From assembly GCA_045105035.1 (NCBI GenBank), contig JBGCCZ010000134.1, positions 153 to 64,152 of the forward strand: a stretch of DNA of 64,000 bases. Direction: 5' to 3'. This DNA comes from Pirellulaceae bacterium (GTDB taxonomy: Bacteria > Planctomycetota > Planctomycetia > Pirellulales > Pirellulaceae). This document shows positions 49,493 through 59,679 of this stretch, piece after piece. Both the position numbers and the translations under genes were made by a program. The notes under the pieces are model-generated. The model saw only the letters and a list, made by a program, of their open reading frames with translations, was not told where the DNA came from and did no database searches. How positions within the stretch are numbered: the first letter of the stretch is position 1; every line of letters begins with the position of its first letter.

Positions 49493-49852
49493 CTATTTCT
49501 TCCCTAGGAGTTGACCGATATTCTTCACGGCTAGATTTAGTGAAACGGCCGACATCTGGTAGTTCATATGGCCAGAAATTTCAGGCTGAATTTCCGTAAA
49601 CAGCTCGGTAGCGCGTCGGAGCTTCGAGAACTTCTTATTCGCTAGCTTGAGGTACGCCTTTGCGTCGTTGGCATCAAGCGATGGTCCCAACGCGAGCATA
49701 AAGTCGTAAAGGTCGCGGTGTACTGAAGCGAGTTCTTCGTCTTCCTGGGCTTCGTCGCTGTGCTTCAGGAAGGTTCGAACCATCCAAACGTGGGCAACCT
49801 GCTGATCGACAAGTTGCATCAGTTCGGACTCTTCGGGACTGTTATCGCTCAT
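49493..49852 (-). CDS. Conserved planctomycete hypothetical helical protein
   Basis: 'HVWMVRTFLKHSDEA...LYD...P.ISGHMNYQMS'. Confidence 0.75.
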   Translation of the reverse strand: MSDNSPEESELMQLVDQQVAHVWMVRTFLKHSDEAQEDEELASVHRDLYDFMLALGPSLDANDAKAYLKLANKKFSKLRRATELFTEIQPEISGHMNYQMSAVSLNLAVKNIGQLLGKK

Positions 49853-50088
49853 GCTGCAGACTAAAAATTAGGGATAGGGAAGGCGGGATGCGAAACCCGT
49901 CGCTATGAAGTTCCGCGTAAGGACAGTAGGCGGAGCTTCGGGTTGAACGCTATAGTATGGACCGGATGGCAACCGGCGGCCAAGTGCCAAGTCGGGGTTG
50001 GTCCGGCAAATGATCGGTCCGGTCATCCCGTTCTCAGGACAGAGACACTCATTCCCGTTTTCGATACTCATTCCCGTTTACGAGTCGT

Positions 50089-51960
50089 ATGCCAGATCTT
50101 ATTGCTCAAGGCCCTCGGCCCCAGGATCGTTGGCGTCGTACTTTGGAGGACTCGGGAGTTGAGGTCGTCCTGGGGCGTACTACGGAACCTTGGTCGGTAA
50201 AGTGGGATGATCGGATCTCGCGTCGGCATGCGACTTTGGTCTGGACAGGTTCCAAGCTGCAAATCGCGAAGCTCGAGCAAGCTCGTAACGCGATATTTTT
50301 CCGCGGCCAACAGTGTGCCAAGTTTGATGCGTCGATCGGCGATCACTTTGTCATTGGCCAAACCACGTTTACGGTGCTTGATGAGCAGGTGACGGCCGCG
50401 CCGGGCGTGGAACCCGAGCCCGTCTTCGCCGAACAGACCTTCTCGGCTCACTTGCTAAGAGAGAACAAGTATCGAGACGCGGACCAGCGCATCGAAGCGC
50501 TGGGTCGGTTGCCAGAGATAATCTCGGGGGCCAATAGTGATGAGGAGCTCTGTACGCGGATTACAGATTTAGTGTTGCGTGGGGTTCAAGAGGCGGCTTT
50601 CGTGGCCGTGCTGCGATTTAGGGACGAGCCGGAGCAGGGGACGGCCTCCTCATCTGACGGTGACACTGCAGCCGAACAGAGTTTCTCCGAGACGAAGTTA
50701 GATGTCCAATTCAATCCGGCCTTTGAAGTTCTACATTGGAATAGTCGTCAACTGGGCGGCAAGCCTCTCACGCCAAGTGTTGGCTTGGTGCGCACGGCCA
50801 CACAGACTAAGGAAAGTGTGCTGAATGTTTGGAATCGTAATTCGGTAAACCCGACGTTTACCCAGAGTGAGAATGTGGACTGGGCCTTCTGTACACCAGT
50901 CGTTTCCGACGCGTGTCCAGGCTGGGCTATCTACGTGGCGGGCGCGTTCACGACGGCTTCCATGATCGAATTGCAAACCTCTGGCATGAAAGAAGCCGAG
51001 ATGTTGCAGGACGATTTGAAATTTACGGAGCTTACGGCAACCACGCTCGGGGCCCTGCGGCAAGTTAGAGCTCTGCAGCGAAGGCAAGACAGTCTGCGTA
51101 ACTTTTTCGCGCCTGTCGTGATGGATGCTCTCGCGGGCCGCGATCCAGAGCAGGTTCTCACACCACGCGAGACAAACGTGTCGGTGCTGTTCTGCGACTT
51201 GCGAGGATTTTCCAAGCGTAGTGAAGATGCCGCTGATCGTTTGCTCGAGTTGCTTAAGCGGGTGAGCGATGCGCTGGGAGTGATGACACATCACATTCTG
51301 GCGAACAGCGGCGTTGTTGGGGACTTTCATGGTGATGCGGCGATGGGTTTTTGGGGATGGCCTATCGCGACAGGAAATCCGATACAGCAGGTTTGCCGAG
51401 CGGCGTTGGCAATACGAAATGAATTCGCTGCGGCGGCCAAACAACCAGATCACCCTTTGGCTGATTTCCGCGCTGGATTGGGAATCGCGTCTGGTTCGGC
51501 CGTGGCAGGGCGGATCGGAACAACAGATCAGGTCAAAGTGACCGTGTTCGGACCAGTCGTGAATTTGGCTTCACGGTTGGAAGGAATGACGAAGCAACTG
51601 CAGACGTCGATTTTGGTTGATGAGCCAACGGCGGATTGGATTCGGGCGAATGTTCCAACTTCCGAACTGCGCATTCGGCGAGTCGCCCGCGTATTGCCGT
51701 ACGGGATGAAAAAGCCGCTCGTAGTGAGTGAATTACGGCCACCTGCGAGCGAAGATACGATCATGTCGGACGCGGACGTTGAGGCCTATGAGGAAGCACT
51801 GGGCGAATTTCTCGAGGGCAATTGGAGCAATGCATTCCGCCTGTTACATGAAGTCCCGGCGGAAGATCAAGTCAAGGATTTCTTAACCGTGTTCATTGCG
51901 CAACACCGCCGTGAACCGCCTCCGGACTGGGCTGGGGTCATTGAGTTGCCAGCCAAGTAA
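50089..51960 (+). CDS. FHA-domain class III nucleotidyl cyclase
   Basis: FHA domain (LGR, ISRRHA), central GAF-like region, cyclase motifs LFCDLRGFS, GDFHGDA, VNLASRLE. Confidence 0.9.
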   Translation: MPDLIAQGPRPQDRWRRTLEDSGVEVVLGRTTEPWSVKWDDRISRRHATLVWTGSKLQIAKLEQARNAIFFRGQQCAKFDASIGDHFVIGQTTFTVLDEQVTAAPGVEPEPVFAEQTFSAHLLRENKYRDADQRIEALGRLPEIISGANSDEELCTRITDLVLRGVQEAAFVAVLRFRDEPEQGTASSSDGDTAAEQSFSETKLDVQFNPAFEVLHWNSRQLGGKPLTPSVGLVRTATQTKESVLNVWNRNSVNPTFTQSENVDWAFCTPVVSDACPGWAIYVAGAFTTASMIELQTSGMKEAEMLQDDLKFTELTATTLGALRQVRALQRRQDSLRNFFAPVVMDALAGRDPEQVLTPRETNVSVLFCDLRGFSKRSEDAADRLLELLKRVSDALGVMTHHILANSGVVGDFHGDAAMGFWGWPIATGNPIQQVCRAALAIRNEFAAAAKQPDHPLADFRAGLGIASGSAVAGRIGTTDQVKVTVFGPVVNLASRLEGMTKQLQTSILVDEPTADWIRANVPTSELRIRRVARVLPYGMKKPLVVSELRPPASEDTIMSDADVEAYEEALGEFLEGNWSNAFRLLHEVPAEDQVKDFLTVFIAQHRREPPPDWAGVIELPAK

Positions 51961-51978
51961 TAGAGAGTAATAAGAACG

Positions 51979-52422
51979 ATGACTGATGACCCATTCATGC
52001 GAGCCGCCATTGATGAGGCGAGGATAGGATTGGACGCAGGCGGGATCCCAATCGGTTCGGTGCTCGTCTTGGATGGTGAGATTATCGGGAGAGGCCACAA
52101 CCGTCGTGTTCAGGACGGTAGTCCCATTCTGCATGCAGAAATGGCTTGCCTTGAAAATGCGGGGCGGAGGTCGGCGGCCGAGTATCGTCGCTCAACGATC
52201 TACTCAACGTTGTCGCCCTGTGACATGTGCAGCGGAGCCATCCTGCTCTATGAAATTCCGCAGGTTATCTTCGGTGAGAATACGACTTTCGGAGGGCCCG
52301 AAGACTATGTTCGGTCACGCGGTGTTCAAGTCACGAATATGAGCTCCGCGGAGTGCATTGCCTTGATGCGGCAGTTCATACAATCGAAGCCGCAGTTGTG
52401 GAATGAGGATATTGGCGTTTGA
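51979..52422 (+). CDS. Cytosine deaminase, fungal Fcy1-type (CDA fold)
   Basis: GGIPIGSVL, HAE, LSPCDMC, C-terminal WNEDIG. Confidence 0.88.
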   Translation: MTDDPFMRAAIDEARIGLDAGGIPIGSVLVLDGEIIGRGHNRRVQDGSPILHAEMACLENAGRRSAAEYRRSTIYSTLSPCDMCSGAILLYEIPQVIFGENTTFGGPEDYVRSRGVQVTNMSSAECIALMRQFIQSKPQLWNEDIGV

Positions 52423-52519
52423 AGTTCCACCCATGCGCCATGCGTGCGCAGGTTTCAGTGGCTAACGCGTTGAACATGGCTGTATGAACTTAACCTCCGC
52501 GCTGCGAGCGGCGGTCGCG

Positions 52520-53956
52520 TTAAGCCAACAAGTCATGTTGCACTTCTCCATGGACGTCCGTTAGCCGATAGTCACGGCCTTGGAAGCGATAGGTGAGTTT
52601 CGTGTGATCGAGCCCGAGTAGGTGCAAGACGGTGGCTTGCAGGTCGTGGACATGTACTGGCTTTTCGGTCACACCGAATCCGAGCTCATCGGTGCTGCCG
52701 TAGTCCAGGCCGCCTTTGACCCCGCCACCGGCCATCCACATCGTAAAGCAGTCCGGATAGTGGTCGCGACCGAGGATCTTGCTTTTCGCAGTTCGTCCTT
52801 CGCGGAACGGCGTGCGACCGAACTCGCCGCCCCAAACAATCAGCGTGTCTTCGAGCAGTCCGCGTTGGCGAAGGTCCTTGATCAACGCAGCTACGGGCTG
52901 GTCCATCGTAGCGCACTTCTTGGTGAGTCCGTCACCAATGTCTTCACTTGGATTGGTTCCGTGGAAGTCCCAGCCCCAATCGAAAAGTTGCACGAAGCGA
53001 ACACCGGACTCCACTAATCTCCGCGCCAGCAAACAGTTGTTGGCCAAGGAGCTGCGGCCTGGCTCTGCTCCGTAGTCCTCGAGTGTTTGCTGCGATTCGC
53101 GAGAGATGTCCATGACTTCTGGAACGCTGGCCTGCATGCGGAAGGCAAGTTCGTACTGAGCGATTCGCGTTTGTGTTTCGGGGTGACCCATCTGCTCAGC
53201 CTGCAGTTGGTTGAGTTGGCTGAGAGCGTCGAGTGTCGAACGCCGCAGTTTGCGACTCATACCCTTCGGGTTCGATGCAAACAGAACTGGGTCGCCTTTA
53301 GAGCGGCACTGTACACCCTGGTAAACGCTCGGAAGGAAACCACTTCCGAACGAACTTTTACCTCCATTGGGTTGTACTCCGCTGGAAATCAGCACGACAA
53401 ACGCAGGTAGATCTTCGTTCTCAGAACCTAGTCCGTAGGTTACCCAGGAACCCATGGAGGGACGACCGGTGCGGGGAGAGCCTGTGTAGATCAGTAATTC
53501 GGCTGGGGCGTGGTTGAATTGATCGGTGTGCATGGAGTGGACCATGCACAACTCGTTGGCGACGGTCTTCAGATTCGGCAACGCGGCGGACATCCAGGTG
53601 CCCTGTTCTCCGACTTGCTCAAACTGCTGTGGAGTGCCCAGTAGGGTTGGCGTTCCGGAGGTGAACGCGAAGTCCTTGCCTTCAAGAAACGAGCCTGGGC
53701 AGTCCTCACCGTGCCTCTCTTTGAGAGTCGGTTTGTAGTCGAAGAGGTCGAGGTTTGGCGGGGAACCAGTCATGTGTAGGTAGATGACTCGTTTGGCCTT
53801 CGGAGCGAAATGAGTCTGCGCAGCACCGACAGCCTGCGTGGCTGCTTGCGAACTGTTCAATAAGTTGCCAGATGCTAGGGCGCCAAGCCCGAGTGCGCCG
53901 CCTTGGAGGAAGTATCGGCGAGTTCGGAGCTGTAGGTTTTCGATGATGGGATGCAT
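52520..53956 (-). CDS. DUF1501 domain protein (Tat substrate)
   Basis: TRRYFL Tat motif, 'AKRVIYLHM.G.P', 'ARRLVESGVRFVQ', 'GEFGRTP...GRDH'. Confidence 0.93.
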   Translation of the reverse strand: MHPIIENLQLRTRRYFLQGGALGLGALASGNLLNSSQAATQAVGAAQTHFAPKAKRVIYLHMTGSPPNLDLFDYKPTLKERHGEDCPGSFLEGKDFAFTSGTPTLLGTPQQFEQVGEQGTWMSAALPNLKTVANELCMVHSMHTDQFNHAPAELLIYTGSPRTGRPSMGSWVTYGLGSENEDLPAFVVLISSGVQPNGGKSSFGSGFLPSVYQGVQCRSKGDPVLFASNPKGMSRKLRRSTLDALSQLNQLQAEQMGHPETQTRIAQYELAFRMQASVPEVMDISRESQQTLEDYGAEPGRSSLANNCLLARRLVESGVRFVQLFDWGWDFHGTNPSEDIGDGLTKKCATMDQPVAALIKDLRQRGLLEDTLIVWGGEFGRTPFREGRTAKSKILGRDHYPDCFTMWMAGGGVKGGLDYGSTDELGFGVTEKPVHVHDLQATVLHLLGLDHTKLTYRFQGRDYRLTDVHGEVQHDLLA

Positions 53957-54037
53957 GGAGTCGTCTTCAAGCTTGGGCGGCAGATTCGTTGGCGGGTTGG
54001 ACTAGTAAGTTGTCGTAACGGGAACAGTGCTCTTTTG

Positions 54038-56569
54038 CTACCGTTTCATTAGGACTTCATCGAGGTTTAGGATCACGTTGCCGACGGACGCTAACGCGGC
54101 CAGGTGATGATCGCTTACGTGTTGAGGTTTGCCCGGAGGATCGCCAGCCAGCGAAGTGGCTGTGTTGTCGTCGCCGTCAAGCTGCTCATAGGCTTCGTCA
54201 TAGAGCTGCAAGAGTACGATTGCTTCTTTAGCGGAAGGTGCCCGATTGGTTGCTAATCGGAACATCGCCGAGATCTGGCGTGATGTGTCTTTCGGGTCGT
54301 TCACGGATGCTGCCTTGGCTGCTAGGGCTTGGGCGGCTTCGAAGAAACTTGGGTCGTTCAAGGTGACCAGGGCTTGTAGCGGTGTATTGGTTTGTTCTCT
54401 TCGCAGCATGCAGACTTCGCGGCTAGGGGCATCGAACATCATTAGCGATGGATACGGGCTCGACCGTCGCCATTTGGTGTAGAGAGCACGGCGGTAACGG
54501 TCTTCGCCTTGAGATGTTTCCCAATCCGTCTTACTGCCAAACGCGGCTTTGAGTCCGAGGTCGGGTTGAGGAGGTTGTACAGGCGGGCCGAACATTTTTC
54601 CGCTCAGTAGCCCGGCCGCAGCAAGTGCTTGGTCTCGCACCATTTCCGCGCTCAGCCGAACACGTGGACCTCGGGCTAACCAACGATTGGCTGAATCACG
54701 TTGCCAGTCATCTTGGGATACTTCAGACGTTTGCCGATACGTCTGACTCGTCACCATCAGCCGCAGTAAGCGTTTGGTATTCCAGCCCGAATCCATGAAC
54801 TCCACCGCCAACCAATCGAGGAGATCCGGATGAGTTGGGCGTTCGCCTTGCGCACCAAACTCCTCACTGGTTGTTACAAGCCCGCTTCCAAACAGCGTTT
54901 CCCACAAGCGGTTTACCCAAACTCTGGCTGTCAACGGATTGCGACGATCTACAAGCCAGCGAGCTAACTCCAATCGACTAACTGGCTTCGCAGAATCGCT
55001 GGTCTCTATCGGATGGAAAACTTCAGGCACCCCGGCGACCACCTGGATGCCCTGGGCTCGGTAGTTGCCGCGGATCTGTACGAAAGTCTTTCGGTGTTTC
55101 GGTTTCGCTAACTCGCTCAAAACAGGAACTGTTGTGGCGGGCTTCAGATCTTTCAGCGTTTTTCGGTACGCTGCAAGTCGGTCAACTTCGGACTTCGTTC
55201 GTGCTGCGTAGTTGGTAAAAAACCGTTTTCGGTCTGGCAATGAGAGCGAATCGGTCCACGGATCAACCAGGCTGAATCTCGCTTTGGTCGGTTGCGAAAG
55301 TTGTCGCGATAGTACTGCGATCTGGGACTGGATGATTTCTTTGCGATCGATCTGTTCGTCGGTAAAAAGTTGCAGGATGGGAGCTTCGTTCCTACGGTCA
55401 GCATCGGCCGTTTGATTGAAAATTGCGAACAGCTTGAAGTACTCTTCGTGCGTGTAGGGGTCGTACTTGTGGGTATGGCACTGAGCGCAGGCCATGGTAA
55501 CGCCCATCCAGACCGCCATCGTCGTGTTGACTCGGTCGACCACGGCCACGTTGCGAAACTCTTCGTCGTTCGTCCCGCCTTCGTTATTCGTCAATGTGTT
55601 GCGGTGGAATGCAGTGGCCACCAGTTGGTCTTCAGTTGGGGATGGCAGTAAGTCCCCCGCAAGTTGTTCAATCGTGAATTGATCGAGCGGCATGCCCGAA
55701 TTTAGTGCGCGTACCACCCAATCGCGATAGGCCCAAATGGTTCGCGGTGGATCATCGGCGTAGCCAGCCGAGTCGGCGTAGCGAGCAAGATCCAGCCACT
55801 GCCGCGCCCAATGCTCGCCGTACTTGGGCGATGCGAGCAGCTCGTCTACCAACTGTTCGAAGGCTAAGTTATTCTCGCTTTTGAGGGTTGAACTAACGAG
55901 GCCAGTTTCACGCGGTAGGCCAATCAGATCCAGACTAACGCGTCGTTCTAGTTCAGCAGTTGTGGCTGGCGGCGAAGGGCTCCAGCCTTGTTCTCGCATT
56001 TTTGCGTAAGTAAATCGGTCAATCGCATTGCTTCTCCAAGATTCGGGGATCTTGTTATCGATTGGTGGTAGGTCGGGTTTTGTGGGCGGAACAAACGACC
56101 AGTGTTCTGTCCACTCTGCACCCGAGTTGATCCACTGACGGACAAGCTCCGCTTCTTCATCGGAGATTGCCTTGCCGAATTCAGGAGGCGGCATCTTTTC
56201 CCCGTCATCATGGCTGTCGATGCGGCGCATGAGTTCACTGCTCTGAGCGTCTCCAGGCATGACTGGTGGCAGTCCGGAATCTGCTTCGCTGAGAAATGCC
56301 GTTCTTTCGTCCAGCCGGAAACCTCCTGAACGCTGCTCTTCGTCTGGGCCGTGACAGGCAAAGCAGCGATTCGAAAGCAAACTGCGGACGCTCCGTGTTT
56401 TCTCCAAGCCGAACTTGCTCTCTGAGCTAGTCGTTTTGGAGGTTCTCGCTGGAGCCTCTTCTACACTAAGCCCTCGCTTTGCATTCGACGTGCACCAAAG
56501 CAAAATTGCTAACAAGGCCACGAACAGTCTCAGTACTGGTTGATTTGCCGAAGACATTGCAAATTGCAC
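54038..56569 (-). CDS. Planctomycete cytochrome c / DUF1549 / DUF1553 (PSCyt-PSD1) protein
   Basis: CFACH and CAQCH heme motifs, 'HWSF', 'WLDLARYADS', 'NPLTARV.VNR.W', 'TPLQAL'. Confidence 0.93.
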   Translation of the reverse strand: MQFAMSSANQPVLRLFVALLAILLWCTSNAKRGLSVEEAPARTSKTTSSESKFGLEKTRSVRSLLSNRCFACHGPDEEQRSGGFRLDERTAFLSEADSGLPPVMPGDAQSSELMRRIDSHDDGEKMPPPEFGKAISDEEAELVRQWINSGAEWTEHWSFVPPTKPDLPPIDNKIPESWRSNAIDRFTYAKMREQGWSPSPPATTAELERRVSLDLIGLPRETGLVSSTLKSENNLAFEQLVDELLASPKYGEHWARQWLDLARYADSAGYADDPPRTIWAYRDWVVRALNSGMPLDQFTIEQLAGDLLPSPTEDQLVATAFHRNTLTNNEGGTNDEEFRNVAVVDRVNTTMAVWMGVTMACAQCHTHKYDPYTHEEYFKLFAIFNQTADADRRNEAPILQLFTDEQIDRKEIIQSQIAVLSRQLSQPTKARFSLVDPWTDSLSLPDRKRFFTNYAARTKSEVDRLAAYRKTLKDLKPATTVPVLSELAKPKHRKTFVQIRGNYRAQGIQVVAGVPEVFHPIETSDSAKPVSRLELARWLVDRRNPLTARVWVNRLWETLFGSGLVTTSEEFGAQGERPTHPDLLDWLAVEFMDSGWNTKRLLRLMVTSQTYRQTSEVSQDDWQRDSANRWLARGPRVRLSAEMVRDQALAAAGLLSGKMFGPPVQPPQPDLGLKAAFGSKTDWETSQGEDRYRRALYTKWRRSSPYPSLMMFDAPSREVCMLRREQTNTPLQALVTLNDPSFFEAAQALAAKAASVNDPKDTSRQISAMFRLATNRAPSAKEAIVLLQLYDEAYEQLDGDDNTATSLAGDPPGKPQHVSDHHLAALASVGNVILNLDEVLMKR

Positions 56570-56715
56570 TTCGTGTGAGGAAAGGAAGTAGGGCGGTTGG
56601 AGGGCAAAGAGGTCATTTCATCTTACTCTGAGTTTCTCTTCAGCGTTGTGGGGAGGCAACCGTACGTTGATTTCGTCCTCCAGGGGGATTTTGGCCGTTA
56701 GTCAGGCAGCGCACG

Positions 56716-56744
56716 AAAAAAGCCCGGAATCGATCCGGGCTTTT
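56716..56744 (-). terminator. Rho-independent terminator
   Basis: AAAAGCCCGGA-atcga-TCCGGGCTTTT hairpin with a T6 tract on the minus strand, just downstream of 56769-57251. Confidence 0.85.
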
Positions 56745-56768
56745 GTGTGCATCAGGAAGGGACTCTGC

Positions 56769-57251
56769 CTATTCGACCATAAGTGTTTCGAGTGACTCTT
56801 CTTCTTCGGTAGTCTCGAAATGCTGCGACAGTTCTTCGTCGACTTGCTTGATGCTGTCGATAAGCTCTTGTTCTTCACCGGTCAGCTTGATGTAGCCCAG
56901 GTCGCGGACAACTTCGAGGACTTCGCTGCAGGTCGGGAACATACGGCCACTGGAGCGTTTGTATTCGTCCATGGCTCGCATGAAGTCGATTTCTTCATCG
57001 TTGTAATCACGTTCGCAGGTCGTCGGATCAATCTGGCGACGGCGTTGCTTTTTCTGAGGCTTAGGTGATGCGTCGAGCTCTTCGGTCGTGCCTGACTCAG
57101 CGGCTTGTTCCAGAGCTTCGACTTCTTCAGTGCTGGGCTTGCGACGACGATCGATCGTAACTTCGCGTTCTCCGGCAGCTATCGAATCGACGGTCTGTGT
57201 ATCTTCTGCTGCAGGTGTGGAAATGATCGACTTTTTCGCTGACTTTGCCAT
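56769..57251 (-). CDS. Conserved planctomycete hypothetical protein
   Basis: '[14 protein letters not shown]...[28 protein letters not shown]'. Has its own terminator. Confidence 0.8.
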   Translation of the reverse strand: MAKSAKKSIISTPAAEDTQTVDSIAAGEREVTIDRRRKPSTEEVEALEQAAESGTTEELDASPKPQKKQRRRQIDPTTCERDYNDEEIDFMRAMDEYKRSSGRMFPTCSEVLEVVRDLGYIKLTGEEQELIDSIKQVDEELSQHFETTEEEESLETLMVE

Positions 57252-57476
57252 TGGGATCCCCTGGAGAATTCAAAGAGCTCAACTTGCCGAAGCGTGTTGA
57301 GGCAACTGTTCGATGTACCTGGGAAAACTTACCGCATCACCGAGACTATGGCGGTATCTTGGTCCAGTCTGGTCAGTCAAAACTGCAGACCTGCGTTGAG
57401 GTTTTTGGATATGCGGGTTGTGCGGGCGATTGGCCAGGCAGAGGTCACAGTTTGGGCCCGGCAACGGCGGATTTTG

Positions 57477-58058
57477 CTAAGCGCCCTTTGTCCAGAGCTT
57501 GCAGGTGTGCTCGCCTTCGTCGTCGGTAACGACTAATTCGACTGAGCCCATCTCGACCTGTGGCGTATCGCCGAGCAGTGGTTCCAGCGATGCATCTTGG
57601 ACGCTCCAGGCCTGCCCTGTTGCGGCGAGGTCGATTGTTTGTTGAGTTGAGTTAGAAGTCAGGATGATCTTCGCACCCTCGATGCGATCTGCATCGAAGT
57701 CGTCAAGGTAGACCAGGAGGCGATCGGCTTGGGAGTCGTACTTCCATTCTGCGTGCACTGCAGACGGGAATAGGTGGATCAGTTTTCCACCGTTGGGTCC
57801 AGCCGCGTGGTGGTGCGACTTCTTTTGAGGGGTCGAATTCGTTTTCGAAAGTGAATTCGCTGGCTCACCGCTTGGTTGCTCTTGCGTCGACGTTGTGTCT
57901 GCTGCAGGGGCTTGAATCTGTGTGGAGCAGCCCAGCGAACAAGCGAAGCCGATGCCTAAAGCCGCAATGTTGGCAGTCAAGTTTGACGGTAGGACGCGGC
58001 GTTTGGCAGGCCGAGCTGATTGACGAAGAACTAGCGATTTGAATAGTTGCATGTCCAC
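57477..58058 (-). CDS. Putative lipoprotein with His-rich metal-binding motif
   Basis: Lipobox-like 'SLGC', 'HHHAAGPNGGKLI', 'HAEW'. Confidence 0.65.
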   Translation of the reverse strand: MDMQLFKSLVLRQSARPAKRRVLPSNLTANIAALGIGFACSLGCSTQIQAPAADTTSTQEQPSGEPANSLSKTNSTPQKKSHHHAAGPNGGKLIHLFPSAVHAEWKYDSQADRLLVYLDDFDADRIEGAKIILTSNSTQQTIDLAATGQAWSVQDASLEPLLGDTPQVEMGSVELVVTDDEGEHTCKLWTKGA

Positions 58059-58352
58059 ACTTTTGGCCTGCAGGATTGGAAAGAGTAAGTCTATGGAGCT
58101 TTGCGTTCTGGACCGGTTGGTTCAGTAACGCCTGCTGAGCATGTTAGGAGAACCGGCTAGCTGTGAACGAAAGAGGCTGGAGAAGGAGTCATTGTAAGGC
58201 GTTAGCACAAAAGCCACGCGTTTCAGGGCGAACGTTGGCTCGAGCGAATACAATGGCATTCTCCGAATCAGAAGGACAAGATAGGACTGCCTGCCGTCGA
58301 AACGGCGGCTCCCGGACTTCGCCAAAGCAACGCCCGCAATTGGTTTTTCATA

Positions 58353-59348
58353 ATGTGCTACTTCCCACTCCGCTCAGTGTCGCTCGATAAGAGCCTCAGG
58401 CTGACGCTAGCAGCGTGCCTGTCGATTTCACTTGGTGCATTCTTGACATCCGAATCGGCGATGGCGCAGCTGACGGTGCTTTCGGCTGGGAATCGGACCA
58501 TTAAGTGGAAGGACACTCAGTTAGAAACACTTCGCACCCAGTTGAAAGACCAGCCGGCGGTTGGTGCTTTGCGTCTGGAGCTTGAATCGCAGGTTAAGTG
58601 GTTGGAGGCTTGGGAGCCAAAGAGTCTCGGTTTGGCATCTTTGTGGGAGTCGCCGACTGCCGAGGGGAGGTACGTGGAGCCCCCACTTGATCCTAATAAG
58701 AGAGCGACTGCGTTGCGGGAGCGATTGCTGGGTAAGGCTGCAAAGCCGACAAGTCGTGATACGGCGCGACTGGAGAAGCTTCTTAGTGTCTATCCAAATG
58801 ACATCGGTATCAGGCAACTTCATTTGCATTGGCTGGATCAAACGCAGTATCGAAAGCAGTATGCGGATGAGATTGCAGAAGCATCGCAGCGATTGATTGG
58901 ACTATTGGAGCAAGTTGAATCTCAGACGAGAGCGGTCAAAGTGGCGACCGTGTTTTGCCTTTATCGACGCGGGCGAGCGTTGGCTTACCGAGAATTGCCG
59001 GATGTGGTTGCGAAGGATCCTATCAGCGAACCCGAGAAGCACTCGGCAGCCTTGCTTGGCACATACACGCAGCTGATTTCTATGGTGGGCGAGGATCGGC
59101 CGGAGTTTATCTTGTTGCAGATCCGGATGTTGCGCCGTGACCATTGGTATGGCCGTGCATTGCACCTATTGGAGAGTAATGGTTCTCTCATTGAGCAGAA
59201 GTGGTTTCTGAAAAAACGCCGCGATCTGCTAAGAGACCTCGGGTGGCAAGAGGCAGCTAAAGAGGCGTCGGCAGTGTACGCCAAAGAGTTTGCTGGCGAG
59301 GTTGAGAAGGAGGCCGAGCAGGCTGCCAAGGATAAGAAGGCTGCTTGA
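58353..59348 (+). CDS. Secreted hypothetical helical protein
   Basis: Signal peptide ending 'AMA-Q' and a long helical ORF. Confidence 0.65.
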   Translation: MCYFPLRSVSLDKSLRLTLAACLSISLGAFLTSESAMAQLTVLSAGNRTIKWKDTQLETLRTQLKDQPAVGALRLELESQVKWLEAWEPKSLGLASLWESPTAEGRYVEPPLDPNKRATALRERLLGKAAKPTSRDTARLEKLLSVYPNDIGIRQLHLHWLDQTQYRKQYADEIAEASQRLIGLLEQVESQTRAVKVATVFCLYRRGRALAYRELPDVVAKDPISEPEKHSAALLGTYTQLISMVGEDRPEFILLQIRMLRRDHWYGRALHLLESNGSLIEQKWFLKKRRDLLRDLGWQEAAKEASAVYAKEFAGEVEKEAEQAAKDKKAA

Positions 59349-59600
59349 TCGCCCGTAGCCTTGCGGTGCAGGCGTCCCAAGCGTTGTTATCCCAATTGTG
59401 CGTCACGGCCTTCAGTTCGGACGCTTGCCCAAACGATATCGTCTAATAATTCAAAGCGGATCGGTGCGCGGATTGCGGTCCACCGCCAAGAAGCAAGTTA
59501 ATAAGATGTGGCGTTGTCAGATTCGGCGGACACTGTCATATTTGAATCTCTGGAGTATCCCGCTGCGATGATTTGCCGCGGGATTATTTTCGGCAGTTGC

Positions 59601-59618
59601 TTGTGAAAACTTTCACAA
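59601..59618. promoter_or_regulatory. Rex operator (ROP) upstream of the nqr operon
   Basis: TTGTGAA-AACT-TTCACAA is an exact match to the Rex consensus TTGTGAA-N4-TTCACAA, 61 nt upstream of the nqrA ATG. Confidence 0.8.
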
Positions 59619-59679
59619 TCGCGAGTTTCTTATTGGGTGTCTCTGGCAGACGGGCACTCTTCAGGGGAAAGAGGCAGAC

